Part shown: piece after piece, positions 19,154-29,871 of the stretch
Numbering within the stretch: the stretch's first letter is position 1
Layout of the letters: every line of letters begins with the position of its first letter
Source: a virus
Length of the DNA stretch: 64,000 nt
Direction: 5' to 3' (one strand)
Virus record (IMG/VR): IMGVR_UViG_3300020204_004643
Location: 6,627 to 70,626 of that record
Position numbers and translations under genes: made by a program
Notes under the pieces: generated by a model
Seen by the model: the letters and a program-made list of their open reading frames with translations, nothing else
The model's database searches: none
Told to the model about the DNA's origin: nothing

Positions 19154-20311
19154 ATGCACATTTTAGAACAATATGCTTTAAATAGCGGAGCTAAAATTAA
19201 AAATCCCTTTGTTTATGAACAGTTTTTTCCATTAACTGTAGAGAAATATTTAACTTTTCATCCAACTTCGAAGCCATCAAAAACTTATGATTACTGGCAA
19301 GAAGTAATAAATATAATTCTTCCAATATTAGAAAAAAATAATATTAAAATTATTCAACTGGGTCAAACAAATGAAAAAGTATATCAAAATATTTTGAATA
19401 CAACAGGAATGACCAGTTTTAATCAGACTGCTTATATAATCAGAAATGGACTTTTGCATTTTGGAGCTGACAGTTTCCCAACTCATGTAGCATCTCACTA
19501 CGGAAAAAAAATCGTTGCTCTTTATGCAAATAATTACATTTCTTGTGTTAAACCTTATTTTGGAAATTCTGAAAATCATATATTGCTAGAACCAGAAAGG
19601 ACTGGAAAGCCAAATTTTTCTCTTGAAGAAAATCCGAAAACAATCAACAAAATTAAACCAGAAACAATTGCAAAAAACATACTCAATCTATTAAATATTC
19701 CTAGTCTAATTAATATCGAAACAAAATATTTTGGATTAAATTACAATCAACCGAAATTAGAATTAGTTCCAAATGTAAATATAAATCCGAAACAGTTTAA
19801 TTCTGATTTCTTAATAGTTAGAATGGATTTAGAGCATAATGTTCAAATTCTTGAAAATCAATTAAATATTTGCCCTTGTTATATTACTACTGATAAACCA
19901 ATTAATACTCAATTAATATTAAATCATAAAAATAATATTAAAAAAATCTTTTATAAAATTACAGAAGAAAACGATTTAGATTTTGTTAATTTTTTAGAAT
20001 TAAACAGTATTCCATTTGAGCTTTTTACATTTTTAAAAGGCAAAGCTTTAGATGAAATTAAAATAAAATATTTAGATCAACAAGTCATTGCGGAAATAGA
20101 AACTGACAATAAAGAAAAAATTAATCTATTTAACTTAGATAATCTTTATTATAAATCAAATAAAAGAATAGTTAGCCAAGGAAAAATTTTCAATAGTGAA
20201 ACTTGCTACAAGGAAAACATTGAGATGAAAAATGAGTTTGAATTACTAATTGATAATGAAGATTTTTGGAGAGAAGCAGAGGATTTTTGGATTTTAAAAG
20301 TTGACAAGTAA
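19154..20311 (+). CDS. GT9 (heptosyltransferase-like) C-terminal half plus an unknown domain
   Basis: TFHP..KTYDYWQEV, IIQLG, LHFGADSFPTHVAS, IVALY. Confidence 0.75.
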   Translation: MHILEQYALNSGAKIKNPFVYEQFFPLTVEKYLTFHPTSKPSKTYDYWQEVINIILPILEKNNIKIIQLGQTNEKVYQNILNTTGMTSFNQTAYIIRNGLLHFGADSFPTHVASHYGKKIVALYANNYISCVKPYFGNSENHILLEPERTGKPNFSLEENPKTINKIKPETIAKNILNLLNIPSLINIETKYFGLNYNQPKLELVPNVNINPKQFNSDFLIVRMDLEHNVQILENQLNICPCYITTDKPINTQLILNHKNNIKKIFYKITEENDLDFVNFLELNSIPFELFTFLKGKALDEIKIKYLDQQVIAEIETDNKEKINLFNLDNLYYKSNKRIVSQGKIFNSETCYKENIEMKNEFELLIDNEDFWREAEDFWILKVDK

Positions 20312-20328
20312 GCATTGCATTATATACT
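20301..20328 (+). promoter_or_regulatory. Sigma70-type promoter
   Basis: TTGACA 20301-20306, 16 bp spacer, TATACT 20323-20328; ATG at 20338. Confidence 0.6.
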
Positions 20329-20337
20329 ACTGTCCTA

Positions 20338-21027
20338 ATGGAAAATTTAAGCGTTCGAAACGAAAAGGGTCTCATTAATGGATTAAATTATCATTTTAAT
20401 GAAGATAATTCTATTAATTGGAGAAAAATGATTAAAACTGAATTCTTGGTCTCTAATCGAGACAGAACCTCAGAAACAGACATATCAAAATTAGAAGATA
20501 AGGATCTATTAATCCTTTTGGGTGGAATTAAAGATGTTGCTCAAAAAAGAGGATTTACGTCAGTAATGTATGATGTAAAATGTCCATCTTCTGATTATGT
20601 TGTGGCAACATGCACAATTGATTGGATTCCAAATTACGAGAGCGAAAATAAGGCAATTAGATTTTCGGCGATAGGAGATGCTTCCCCAGCTAACACTAAA
20701 GATTTTGCTAAATATTTTCTAGGACCTATAGCCGAGAATAGAGCATTCATTAGGTGCGTCAGAAATTTTTTAAAAATTAATATTGTTGGCCAAGACGAAA
20801 TTGGCAAGTCAAAAAATAATATTGATGAATCATCCGATTCTAGTCCTGTGTTTGAACCGAATGCAATTTTAGAAAAAGTAATGAAAGAAAAGAATATTTC
20901 CTTTTCTAAACTGAAGGAAAAGTTAATTAAAGAAAATTACACTAATGCCGAAAATTTCATTTCATTATCTGATATTCCAAAAATTAAAATCTTTGAGTTG
21001 ATTGAAAGAATTCAAAAAATGAAATAA
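20338..21027 (+). CDS. Putative Rad52/Sak-like single-strand annealing protein
   Basis: VVATCTI..FSAIGDA..AENRAFIRCVR..I.I..DE pattern. Confidence 0.5.
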   Translation: MENLSVRNEKGLINGLNYHFNEDNSINWRKMIKTEFLVSNRDRTSETDISKLEDKDLLILLGGIKDVAQKRGFTSVMYDVKCPSSDYVVATCTIDWIPNYESENKAIRFSAIGDASPANTKDFAKYFLGPIAENRAFIRCVRNFLKINIVGQDEIGKSKNNIDESSDSSPVFEPNAILEKVMKEKNISFSKLKEKLIKENYTNAENFISLSDIPKIKIFELIERIQKMK

Positions 21028-21028
21028 A

Positions 21029-24000
21029 TTATACTGGAGGATTAGTTGATCCTCTAGAAGCAAGTTTCCCACCTAAGATTACCGAAGTAGAAGAAACAGA
21101 TCCCAGTCCTTTAAAAGTTGATGCCTCTGTATTAATAGTTTCAATTCTTAGTTTTAGATATTTAGATTCTTCTGGATCATTAGCGATTACATAGTCTCCA
21201 GTAGGAGGAATATTAGATGAAAATTGCACATCAATAAATTTTTCATTTCTTGATGGTTTAAATGAGGTTAGCATAATTTGTTTTGATGCATATCCAGTCG
21301 GATATAAAATAGAAGTTTTAACTTGAGCATCTAAAAGATCAAAATATGAATCATCATTAGTATAAAATTCAGAATAATTAATTCTAAAAAATTTATTATT
21401 TTGATAAGATCCAGTTAAAACAATATCTGTAATTCTAGCATAGTTATTCGGATTCTGAATAACTAAAAATGGAAAATTACTTGTAGTAAAATTAGAATAC
21501 GGAGTTAGCAAACTAATATTTAATTTTTCGCCAACAACGAAATCATTATCCAAAGGAAAAGTGGTGGATAATACATAGTCAGCATTATATTTAGATCCAT
21601 CTGTACTTTGAGTAGAATAGTTATCTCCTGTAAAAAGTAAGACACTAGGCTCTTTAATTATATATCCTGATAATGGAGAGTCAACTTGAACAATGTCTGA
21701 AGTAAAACGATTGGTAGTATACCCCCCTGCGTCTTGAGATATTAATTTTATACCTGTAACTTGACCGACAAAAGGCGGCAAAAATGAAATAATTCCACTT
21801 GTTATTAAAGCATCTTTTCCTATAACTTTACCGGTTATATTAATCGAATTAACCGTATATCCCGCTCCTCCGTCTAAAATTTTATAACCAGTAACTAAGT
21901 CATTAAAAGCATTGTAAAACTCTACTATTGCTTTTTTCTTGCCTTTGTTAAAAACAGTTGGAAAAACTTCTATTACTGAATTATTAGACTCAGAAAAGAA
22001 ATCCACACCACTAATATTTTTAACTCCATTTCCTTTAAAGGAAATTAATGAACCATCCCAACCACTAACTAAATTCATTCCATCCTGAACATAGTTTAAT
22101 TTATTATTTAAGAAAGCGTCTTGGATAGAAATTAATGGAGCATAATTAAATACCCCAGAAATAGGATAAACTTGATTTAAATATGTTTTAAGATAGAATC
22201 TTCCAGTAATTGGTCTTATATCCTCGACATCTTTTCCGTGTACATTTTTACCAGCCATTGAAGGAGGGTAAAATTGCATTTTATTAAAATCTTTATAAAT
22301 TAAATTACTATTAATATCTTGAGTACTGAAAGTAAAATCAATGCCCGTGCTGTATCCAGAACGAACTTGTTCTGGTGCGCTTAAACCACCAGACGCTCCT
22401 ACTATTAATTTCCCTAAACCACTAAATTGAATACCTGTAACATAATTTAGATTTTCTCCCGAAAGAGTGATCAGAGAAAAAGTAGATCCAGTTAATATAT
22501 TTAATCCAGAGCATTTAATTACTGGAGGCATTATTGTAATGGTATTATATAATTTGTCTGGATCAAAACTATTTCTTTGGAAGAATACTTGCCCACTTCC
22601 GATAAATCCATCTAAGTTTAATGATCCGTAATCAACATAATTAGCATCATTTCCAATTCCAATAGGATCTGTACCACTATAAATTAAATTAAAATCAGGA
22701 AAACTAGAATATGCCGCAACAGAAACATTAAGATTACCAGATAAAATACTGTATCCTGTATAAGGCTGATAAAATCCTGAACCCGTTAAAGTAGAAATAT
22801 CTATAATTGAAAGATTTTGTGCAATTATATATTGACCTGTTTTATTTGTTAGATGATTATATCCACTTATATAAAGATCTCTAGATTGTAACTGATGAGC
22901 GTTAATTCCAGTAACAATTATTGAATCTTTTAAGTAATAACCTGTTGAATTTACTCCTGAAATAGTTGTGCTTGGTAAAAAGGTTCTTGAATATCCCGCC
23001 ACCTCTCCAGTAACTCCAGACATACCTGAATAAAAAAATCGGAATGCGGAAGCTTTTATATCTCTTGGAACACTTACAACAACTCCTGTTCCAGATACGC
23101 TAGATATATTTGGAAATTTGACAAGATCATTATTAATTCCAAGTCCATAAAATTCAAGACCACTTAAATTGTTTCCTGATAAAGTTATATAACCAGTAAA
23201 ATAAGCAGAAGAAGGAATTATTTTATTTATAGAAGGATTTAAAAAAGTAAAATCTCCAGAACTTGTAACAGAGGTATAAGGATTAACTAAAGTAATTGGT
23301 CCATCCGCAATATCATAAACATTAGGAACATAAAAATTTAAACTGCTTATTGTTTGATTGAATAATCCATTTATTACTTTATAATTTCCATTTTTAGACC
23401 CTAAGAGAACAGAAGTAACTGTATTTAAAAATTTTCCTGTTACATTTATTAATGTTCCTGCCATTCCCGAGGCAGGAGAAAATCCATCAATTACTAAATT
23501 ACCACTTTTAATAGAAAGACCACTTGGGTAAGTATAATTATAATGATAAGAATTTAAAGTAAGAAAATCTCCACTTTGAGCTAGATCAGGAAGAGTGAAT
23601 ATAATTACTTGATCAAACTCCGAACCAGAATTAATAATTTGAAATCCAGTAGCAGCAAAGTCTCCTACTTTAACAGTATCAACATAATAAATATCTGTGC
23701 CATATCCAGTTACAGGTTCTCCTTGCACCAATAACGAAGGATAAATTCCTGTAATATTAGGAGTTTTAAGGAATGTAAATTGTTTATCGAATCCTCCTGT
23801 TAAAATAGAAAATCCATTATTAATTAATGTATTTGTTTTTCTTGTTGAAGATAAATTAGGAACACTAACTTGTAAATATCCAAAGTCTCTAATATTATCA
23901 TCAACTAATCCAACATTAGAATGAATTAAAATTTGAGTATTGATATTATTTCTTGCGCGTTTTTTAGGTTGATAGCTACTGTATTTATAAGGGTCTTCTT

Positions 24001-26530
24001 TTTGCAGAACTATTTCATCAATATTTCCATCCCAAACTGAAGAGGCGGACCCATCTGCATCAGAACCAACAAAAACCTCAAAATTTGCTATTGGAGACGT
24101 GTCATTGTTTAAAGAAAAATCAAGATTAGAAGTTGAATAATTTATTCCATTTCCAGACAAATTTAAACCGCTTCCATTTAATAAAATTTTTCCAGAAATA
24201 GAACTAGAAGATAAATACGTCTTAGAAATCGAAATATGATTCCAAGAGCTTTCTATAAAATCTCCAGAAAAAATTGAATCTACTCCTTGCCAATAAATTC
24301 CAGAAACAAACACTTTATTTGCACTAGCGTAAATATTGACGCCGCTTGAACTTCCTATAATAAATCTTTTATCCGATGAAGTTAAAGATGAAGAAGGTTT
24401 AAAATCAACTTCTAAATCAAATGAATTTCCATAACTCATTGGGTGATTAGAGCCCAATCCTGTAATATTAAATTTTAAATAACTATAAGAACCATTTAAA
24501 AATGCAAAAGTCTTTCCATCATATATAGAATTAGCATTAACGATGCTAACGGAATTACGAGTTATTGATTTTCGCGTTCTATATGTAGATTGATAATCGT
24601 AACTCGCTGTATTTTCTGGAGCTTCAACTAAAGAAAATTCATTGCCAGTATCTTGAAATATAAATTGAGTATCAGGATAAAGATTATGGCCCAAAATATC
24701 AATTTGACCTCCCATGTAATTTTCGACAGAAGAAATATTCTTAATAGCTGGTATGCTTTTTACTATTTGAAAATTTTCAAAAAAGAAATTTCTGCCTCCA
24801 GTATTTGTTAAAGTAATATCGTATATTCCGGGAGCTACATTATTTGTATATGAGATAGTTGATCCAGCAGAATTTTTGGTCAAAGAACTGAAAGAATAAT
24901 TTTGATTAAACGCTCCATAGTTAGAATCTTCTACATATCCACTTATATATGGAATCTTAGGCAATTTATTTCTATTACCTTTACTATCAAAATCAGAAAA
25001 ATTACATTGCAAAAATAAAATCGTATTTTGATCATCATTTAGCTGAAGTGTCGTATCAGGAAGAGAAGACGAAGTATATCTTCCAACTTTAGAAAATCTA
25101 ATTTCATCTAAATAACCTTCAAAAGAATTAACTCCATTAGTTGATTCAAGACCTGTATATAATCTGCCTATATATAAACCTGCTCCCGCATTTAAAGAAT
25201 TAGTTGTAGAAGAATTAGTAGTACTTGTTTGAGAACTATCATTTTTTGTAAATACATGAGTATTTCCATTAGTTCTAGAAATTGAAACTTTTGTCCAAGT
25301 ATTAATCGGAGTATTTGAAGTAGCTATAGTAGCAATAGAAGATCCGTTCACTTGAAAAGTCCAATTAGACGAAGATGCTGCTTTATATAAAAAGAAACCA
25401 TTATTAGATAAACCTGCATCATTAATTAAATCAACTCTTGCAGAAGGTATTACTGAAGGTTTTACAAAAAACTCTAAAGTAAAATCTCCTGCTCCAATAT
25501 TAAAATCTTGATTTGTTTGGCTATCTGCAACTAAATAACTTCCTCCAGAAAAATAAATAGCATTATTAAATTTACCTGTTGGATTGCTAATAACTCCGCT
25601 ATTTAAAATAGTTTTAGGAATTCTAAAATTTAAACCACTTAAAATTACATTAGTAACATTACTTAGATTTTTTCCTATTACCGTATTAGAATCTCCAGAT
25701 ATAGCATAATAATTTAAAGAAGAAAATACATCTGGCGCTCGTAAAACATTTATTTGAGATTTAGAAGTAAATGAAGTATTGTCTTTAGAATTTATAACTA
25801 CATAACCCTGATGAGCCTCTTGAGGAACTATTCCTGAAATTTTATCTCCATTATTAGCTGAACCCGTAAAGTTTGCTTTAACGAATCCAGTAGTAATTCC
25901 ATCCATAGAAGTAGTAAAATATACAGGGAAATAACTTTCATCAACGAAAGAGGTACTAAAATTTCTACCACTAATAGTTAATAAATCACCTTCATAAGGA
26001 AAATTATTGCTGAATCCACTAATAAAAATTTTACCAAAGAAATTAATATCACTTACTGAATAAACTATTCCACTTCCATTGTATCCGCTAATTCTAACTG
26101 GTCCAGTAGTATAACCACTTGGAATTTTAACCATTAAACCACCACTTGTTTCATTATAAAAAACATTAGTTCCAGTTATATTATTGAATGAAACATAAGA
26201 TACTCCCGTTAAAGAACTTCCGCTGATTGCCACGTATTCTCCAACTTCTTGTGTATTTGGAGTAATAGTCTCTATTTTTGGAATCGGGAAAAAATCAATT
26301 CCACTAACGTATAAAGGATCAGTTATTGACTGCCCAGTTATAAAATAAAAATTAGCAGGACCATAAGAAATATTTTTTGGAACTGTAAATTCAATATATT
26401 CCGGATTAGCATCATAATAGGAAAAATCAACAAAACCAGCCCTTGGTAATTCAAGGCCGCTTAACGCATATAACCCATATCCGGTTACGCGCATTGTTTG
26501 ATTTATATTTCCTGTACTATAAGTAGGCAT
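21029..26530 (-). CDS. Large virion protein with IPT/TIG repeats and LamG-like domains
   Basis: Repeated I..(F/I).P....G..(V/I).I.G.N(F/L); GDFTLEFF, FEGYLDEIRFS, WDGNIDE. Confidence 0.75.
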   Translation of the reverse strand: MPTYSTGNINQTMRVTGYGLYALSGLELPRAGFVDFSYYDANPEYIEFTVPKNISYGPANFYFITGQSITDPLYVSGIDFFPIPKIETITPNTQEVGEYVAISGSSLTGVSYVSFNNITGTNVFYNETSGGLMVKIPSGYTTGPVRISGYNGSGIVYSVSDINFFGKIFISGFSNNFPYEGDLLTISGRNFSTSFVDESYFPVYFTTSMDGITTGFVKANFTGSANNGDKISGIVPQEAHQGYVVINSKDNTSFTSKSQINVLRAPDVFSSLNYYAISGDSNTVIGKNLSNVTNVILSGLNFRIPKTILNSGVISNPTGKFNNAIYFSGGSYLVADSQTNQDFNIGAGDFTLEFFVKPSVIPSARVDLINDAGLSNNGFFLYKAASSSNWTFQVNGSSIATIATSNTPINTWTKVSISRTNGNTHVFTKNDSSQTSTTNSSTTNSLNAGAGLYIGRLYTGLESTNGVNSFEGYLDEIRFSKVGRYTSSSLPDTTLQLNDDQNTILFLQCNFSDFDSKGNRNKLPKIPYISGYVEDSNYGAFNQNYSFSSLTKNSAGSTISYTNNVAPGIYDITLTNTGGRNFFFENFQIVKSIPAIKNISSVENYMGGQIDILGHNLYPDTQFIFQDTGNEFSLVEAPENTASYDYQSTYRTRKSITRNSVSIVNANSIYDGKTFAFLNGSYSYLKFNITGLGSNHPMSYGNSFDLEVDFKPSSSLTSSDKRFIIGSSSGVNIYASANKVFVSGIYWQGVDSIFSGDFIESSWNHISISKTYLSSSSISGKILLNGSGLNLSGNGINYSTSNLDFSLNNDTSPIANFEVFVGSDADGSASSVWDGNIDEIVLQKEDPYKYSSYQPKKRARNNINTQILIHSNVGLVDDNIRDFGYLQVSVPNLSSTRKTNTLINNGFSILTGGFDKQFTFLKTPNITGIYPSLLVQGEPVTGYGTDIYYVDTVKVGDFAATGFQIINSGSEFDQVIIFTLPDLAQSGDFLTLNSYHYNYTYPSGLSIKSGNLVIDGFSPASGMAGTLINVTGKFLNTVTSVLLGSKNGNYKVINGLFNQTISSLNFYVPNVYDIADGPITLVNPYTSVTSSGDFTFLNPSINKIIPSSAYFTGYITLSGNNLSGLEFYGLGINNDLVKFPNISSVSGTGVVVSVPRDIKASAFRFFYSGMSGVTGEVAGYSRTFLPSTTISGVNSTGYYLKDSIIVTGINAHQLQSRDLYISGYNHLTNKTGQYIIAQNLSIIDISTLTGSGFYQPYTGYSILSGNLNVSVAAYSSFPDFNLIYSGTDPIGIGNDANYVDYGSLNLDGFIGSGQVFFQRNSFDPDKLYNTITIMPPVIKCSGLNILTGSTFSLITLSGENLNYVTGIQFSGLGKLIVGASGGLSAPEQVRSGYSTGIDFTFSTQDINSNLIYKDFNKMQFYPPSMAGKNVHGKDVEDIRPITGRFYLKTYLNQVYPISGVFNYAPLISIQDAFLNNKLNYVQDGMNLVSGWDGSLISFKGNGVKNISGVDFFSESNNSVIEVFPTVFNKGKKKAIVEFYNAFNDLVTGYKILDGGAGYTVNSINITGKVIGKDALITSGIISFLPPFVGQVTGIKLISQDAGGYTTNRFTSDIVQVDSPLSGYIIKEPSVLLFTGDNYSTQSTDGSKYNADYVLSTTFPLDNDFVVGEKLNISLLTPYSNFTTSNFPFLVIQNPNNYARITDIVLTGSYQNNKFFRINYSEFYTNDDSYFDLLDAQVKTSILYPTGYASKQIMLTSFKPSRNEKFIDVQFSSNIPPTGDYVIANDPEESKYLKLRIETINTEASTFKGLGSVSSTSVILGGKLASRGSTNPPV

Positions 26531-26531
26531 T

Positions 26532-27611
26532 TTATAGACCCTCGAAATTTTGAGCTAATCGAATATCTTCTTTAGATACACTAGTTCTAAAATTAAAAAC
26601 AGAAGATGAACTCGTTTCTTCTGTTTCGATTGTAATTATACTAGCTCCTTTTAAAGATGCTGGCGCAACAGCTGTGATTAAATCTGTAGAAGCGACATTA
26701 AAAGAAGAAGCTAATGAATTACCAAAAAATACTTTTTTAACATTAATAAAATTTTTGCCATTTATCGTCATAGTTCCACCCGGCAAAATAACTCGTGGAG
26801 TAAAATCTGTAATACTTGGTTTAAAATGAGAAAAATCTTGATTCAAGGAAAATTCTGCAGTCGCATATCCTTGGTTATCTAAAGATATTCGTTTTGATGA
26901 AATTATTCCTGAAAATGATAATGTGTCTAAAGGATTAGATCCTGTTAATAAAGAAACATGAAAAGAACATGGAACTCCAGAAGCGGGTAAAGAAATATCA
27001 TAATTATCTAAAACAAAAGATAAAGATTGACTACGTTTACCTAAATAAGCTCTGCTATTATTATCAAATTCAGTAGATCCTTCTTTATTATATTTATCAA
27101 CTTCTCTTTGATATTTATAATTAAAAGAAATAAAACTGTAAGTATTAGAATCAAATTTTACGTTATTGGCATTTCCTGATAAATAAAAATTAGAAAAATT
27201 TAATGGAGCAATTTCATTTTTATTAGTTGGAGGAGTAACTGAAAAAGTTCCCTTGAGAGGTTCAAAAACTTTAATTTCTAAATCAACTTTAGCTAAAGAG
27301 TCAGGGCTTCCAATAATTGAATATGAAGTTACATAGCCACTATTAAAATATAAACCTCCGAAATTGCCAGAAATTCCTTGCTCTGAGTTAGCTCCTAACA
27401 AATATTCTTTAACAAAATCTTTTCCAGTTAAATAATAAGAAACCGAGAATGTAGTATCTGTTGTATTTTCAGGCGCATAAGAATAAGAATTTTTCTTAAA
27501 CTCTTCATTATATACAGGAGTATTACTAGTATCAAGCGACATGTTGACATTAGTCGCCAAAATATCAACTCCACTTAATTTAAAACTACAGTTTTTATAA
27601 TTGAAAAACAT
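26532..27611 (-). CDS. Tail-tube-like protein with C-terminal IPT/TIG domain
   Basis: Resembles the two upstream genes; C-terminal PSITDFTP..GGTMTINGKNF. Confidence 0.55.
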   Translation of the reverse strand: MFFNYKNCSFKLSGVDILATNVNMSLDTSNTPVYNEEFKKNSYSYAPENTTDTTFSVSYYLTGKDFVKEYLLGANSEQGISGNFGGLYFNSGYVTSYSIIGSPDSLAKVDLEIKVFEPLKGTFSVTPPTNKNEIAPLNFSNFYLSGNANNVKFDSNTYSFISFNYKYQREVDKYNKEGSTEFDNNSRAYLGKRSQSLSFVLDNYDISLPASGVPCSFHVSLLTGSNPLDTLSFSGIISSKRISLDNQGYATAEFSLNQDFSHFKPSITDFTPRVILPGGTMTINGKNFINVKKVFFGNSLASSFNVASTDLITAVAPASLKGASIITIETEETSSSSVFNFRTSVSKEDIRLAQNFEGL

Positions 27612-28421
27612 TTAGAAGCTCCTTTTTAATGATATTTTATTTTGAATAAAACCATCAATATAATTTTTTAAACTAGAACTATCAATTTTAGAACCAGAAG
27701 TATTAATACTAAAAATATTTTGATTTCCAAAAGTATTTATATAAACTGTAGAATTTTCAGCAGTTGATAAATTAGAGCTAGAAAAATTAGTATTAAAATC
27801 ATCAATTGTATAATCAAACGATTCTTGACCTCCATTCAAATGGATTTGTGATGCTCTTTGTTTTCCAACGGCATAAATAGGATCCCAACTAAAACCTAAA
27901 TTATAAGAAAAGTCCAAAACATTATAATTTTGATTAGTTAAATTTCCAGAAACTCTTGCGTTCCATGAATGAGCTATTCCAGATCCGCTATTTAAATTAT
28001 TATTAGAAAGTTTATTAGATAAAAATCCAGATAAATCAGAATAACAAGAAAAAGAAGCGGTCGATTGAATTTTAGAATTGGGCGTTATCGTTAATGAATA
28101 ACGAGAAGGATAAAATGATCCACTAATTCCTGCTATTTTTAAAGTTATTGGAATAGAAACTTCTGGAAAACTTCCCGTGAATATTCCTGTTTTAATATAT
28201 TCAAAAACTTTGAAAATTGGATCTTCTATATTAGTATAATATGATAAACTTACAGTAGCCTCGTCAGCTTTTGTTTTTACCATTTGAGATGAATTTCTTC
28301 GACCTAAAACATAAGTTGAATTAATATTTCTATTAATATCAATACTAGCATTTTCAGCTAAAATAACTGCCGAACCAAAATTAGAATTGATTGCTACGTC
28401 ACATTCATTAAAATATTTCAT
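27612..28421 (-). CDS. Tail-tube-like structural protein
   Basis: ILAENASID (cf. ILATNVNMS), ATVSLSYY, FSYNL...PIYAVG. Confidence 0.5.
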   Translation of the reverse strand: MKYFNECDVAINSNFGSAVILAENASIDINRNINSTYVLGRRNSSQMVKTKADEATVSLSYYTNIEDPIFKVFEYIKTGIFTGSFPEVSIPITLKIAGISGSFYPSRYSLTITPNSKIQSTASFSCYSDLSGFLSNKLSNNNLNSGSGIAHSWNARVSGNLTNQNYNVLDFSYNLGFSWDPIYAVGKQRASQIHLNGGQESFDYTIDDFNTNFSSSNLSTAENSTVYINTFGNQNIFSINTSGSKIDSSSLKNYIDGFIQNKISLKRSF

Positions 28422-28430
28422 CCTTTTGCC

Positions 28431-29249
28431 TTATTTTAAATAACCTTTATACCTTACCGTTATTCCTACAGGAGAATTTACACTAGCAGAGTAATCCTCA
28501 GAAGAATTAATGAAATAACATAAAGAATTAGAAAAATCAAAATCTATAGCAAATCCTTCAAAATCTTTTATTTTTATTGAAAAATTAGAAACATTATCTA
28601 AATCATAAGTCAAATCAGATAACTTTTGAAGAACATAATTATCTTGAGCAATATTAAAATCACAATTAACTTCAATAGGATATATTGTTTTAACAAAAAA
28701 TGGAGTGCTTTGTCCTACATAATAATTAGCAGTCCTATTGATATTTAAATTTAAATTAAAAGAAGAAACTCTATTAGTAGTAAAATCTCCTATATTAATA
28801 TCAATAGAATTAGTGTTAGCAAGACTAGGTACAGGTGTAGAGTTAAAATTTCCTTGAGCTGCTATAGAGCCCGCGTTTTCAAAAATTGAGAATCCAGCCC
28901 TTATGGTTGGTATTTCACCTATTTGAGCACCACAAGAATAAGAATTTAAATAACCACTTTGAAAACCGAAAAGTATATTGGAACTAGGATTATTTTTTTT
29001 AGTAATAAATCCATAATTGCCTGAATCTCCTGTACAATTATAAAACTCATTTGTAGTAGTAAGCAAACTAGTAATAGATAAATTAGCAGTTTTTGTCCCT
29101 TCTGGGGTATAAAAACTACTATTCATTCCCAAAAATTTAACATGCTCAATGGGCATTTGGTATGAAGCTTGGATATCTTGTATACCATGAACTTGAGATT
29201 GATTTAGATAAAATGTTAAATTTTGTTTGTTTAATCTTGAAAACGCCAT
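28431..29249 (-). CDS. Tail-tube-like structural protein
   Basis: GYLNSYSCGAQIGEIP and YPIEV parallel GFLTNYTVNAAVGEFP and FPVNV of 56199-57380. Confidence 0.6.
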   Translation of the reverse strand: MAFSRLNKQNLTFYLNQSQVHGIQDIQASYQMPIEHVKFLGMNSSFYTPEGTKTANLSITSLLTTTNEFYNCTGDSGNYGFITKKNNPSSNILFGFQSGYLNSYSCGAQIGEIPTIRAGFSIFENAGSIAAQGNFNSTPVPSLANTNSIDINIGDFTTNRVSSFNLNLNINRTANYYVGQSTPFFVKTIYPIEVNCDFNIAQDNYVLQKLSDLTYDLDNVSNFSIKIKDFEGFAIDFDFSNSLCYFINSSEDYSASVNSPVGITVRYKGYLK

Positions 29250-29262
29250 TCTATCTTATTAT

Positions 29263-29281
29263 TTACACAAAAAAGTGTAAT
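29263..29281. promoter_or_regulatory. Back-to-back GTGTAA motifs (candidate late promoters) between divergent structural operons
   Basis: TTACAC-AAAAAA-GTGTAA inverted repeat in the 57-bp divergent gap. Confidence 0.6.
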
Positions 29282-29306
29282 ATTATTTGGTAAAAGGCAA
29301 AAGGAA

Positions 29307-29870
29307 ATGTCTACGTCCATATACGATATAGCTCCATGGAGCGCATCAACTGCTTATAATAAAAATGATGTAATTTATTATTCTTCTGATGCTAGGTTTT
29401 ATTATGCTAAAAACAATGTGCCTGCTGGGGCAGGCAATGCGCCCAACTATCAGAATATTCTTTCTGATTCAGACGCTTACTGGGGAGGATATTTAAAACA
29501 TCCAATCACTCAAAAAGATTATCCCTTTTTCTTTTGGAAACCATCTTATCAAACGCAAGCTAATTTTGAACCAAAAGTAAATGTAGTAAAATACGGAGAT
29601 GGTTATGAAAAAAGAGTAAGTGATCAAATTAATTTTAATTTATTGAATTTTGACTTAAATTTTGATGGATTAACTTTAGATGAGGTTACTGCTATTTTAC
29701 ATTTTCTAACATTGAGAGCCGCTAAACATGCTTTCATATATAAACCAGCAGCACCATTTACAGTTGCAAGCACAAATGCTAAACTATTTGTTTGCCGCAA
29801 ATGGGCATCATCCAATCCATTCCATAATAATTTTTCCATAAAAGCGTCATTCGAAGAAGTCCCAGCATAA
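29307..29870 (+). CDS. Lambda gpM-like minor tail (distal tail) protein with N-terminal CBM5/12-like motif
   Basis: VKYGDGYEKR..IN, AFIYKP, FVC, ASFEEV; WSASTAYNKNDVIYY. Confidence 0.85.
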   Translation: MSTSIYDIAPWSASTAYNKNDVIYYSSDARFYYAKNNVPAGAGNAPNYQNILSDSDAYWGGYLKHPITQKDYPFFFWKPSYQTQANFEPKVNVVKYGDGYEKRVSDQINFNLLNFDLNFDGLTLDEVTAILHFLTLRAAKHAFIYKPAAPFTVASTNAKLFVCRKWASSNPFHNNFSIKASFEEVPA

Positions 29871-29871
29871 T

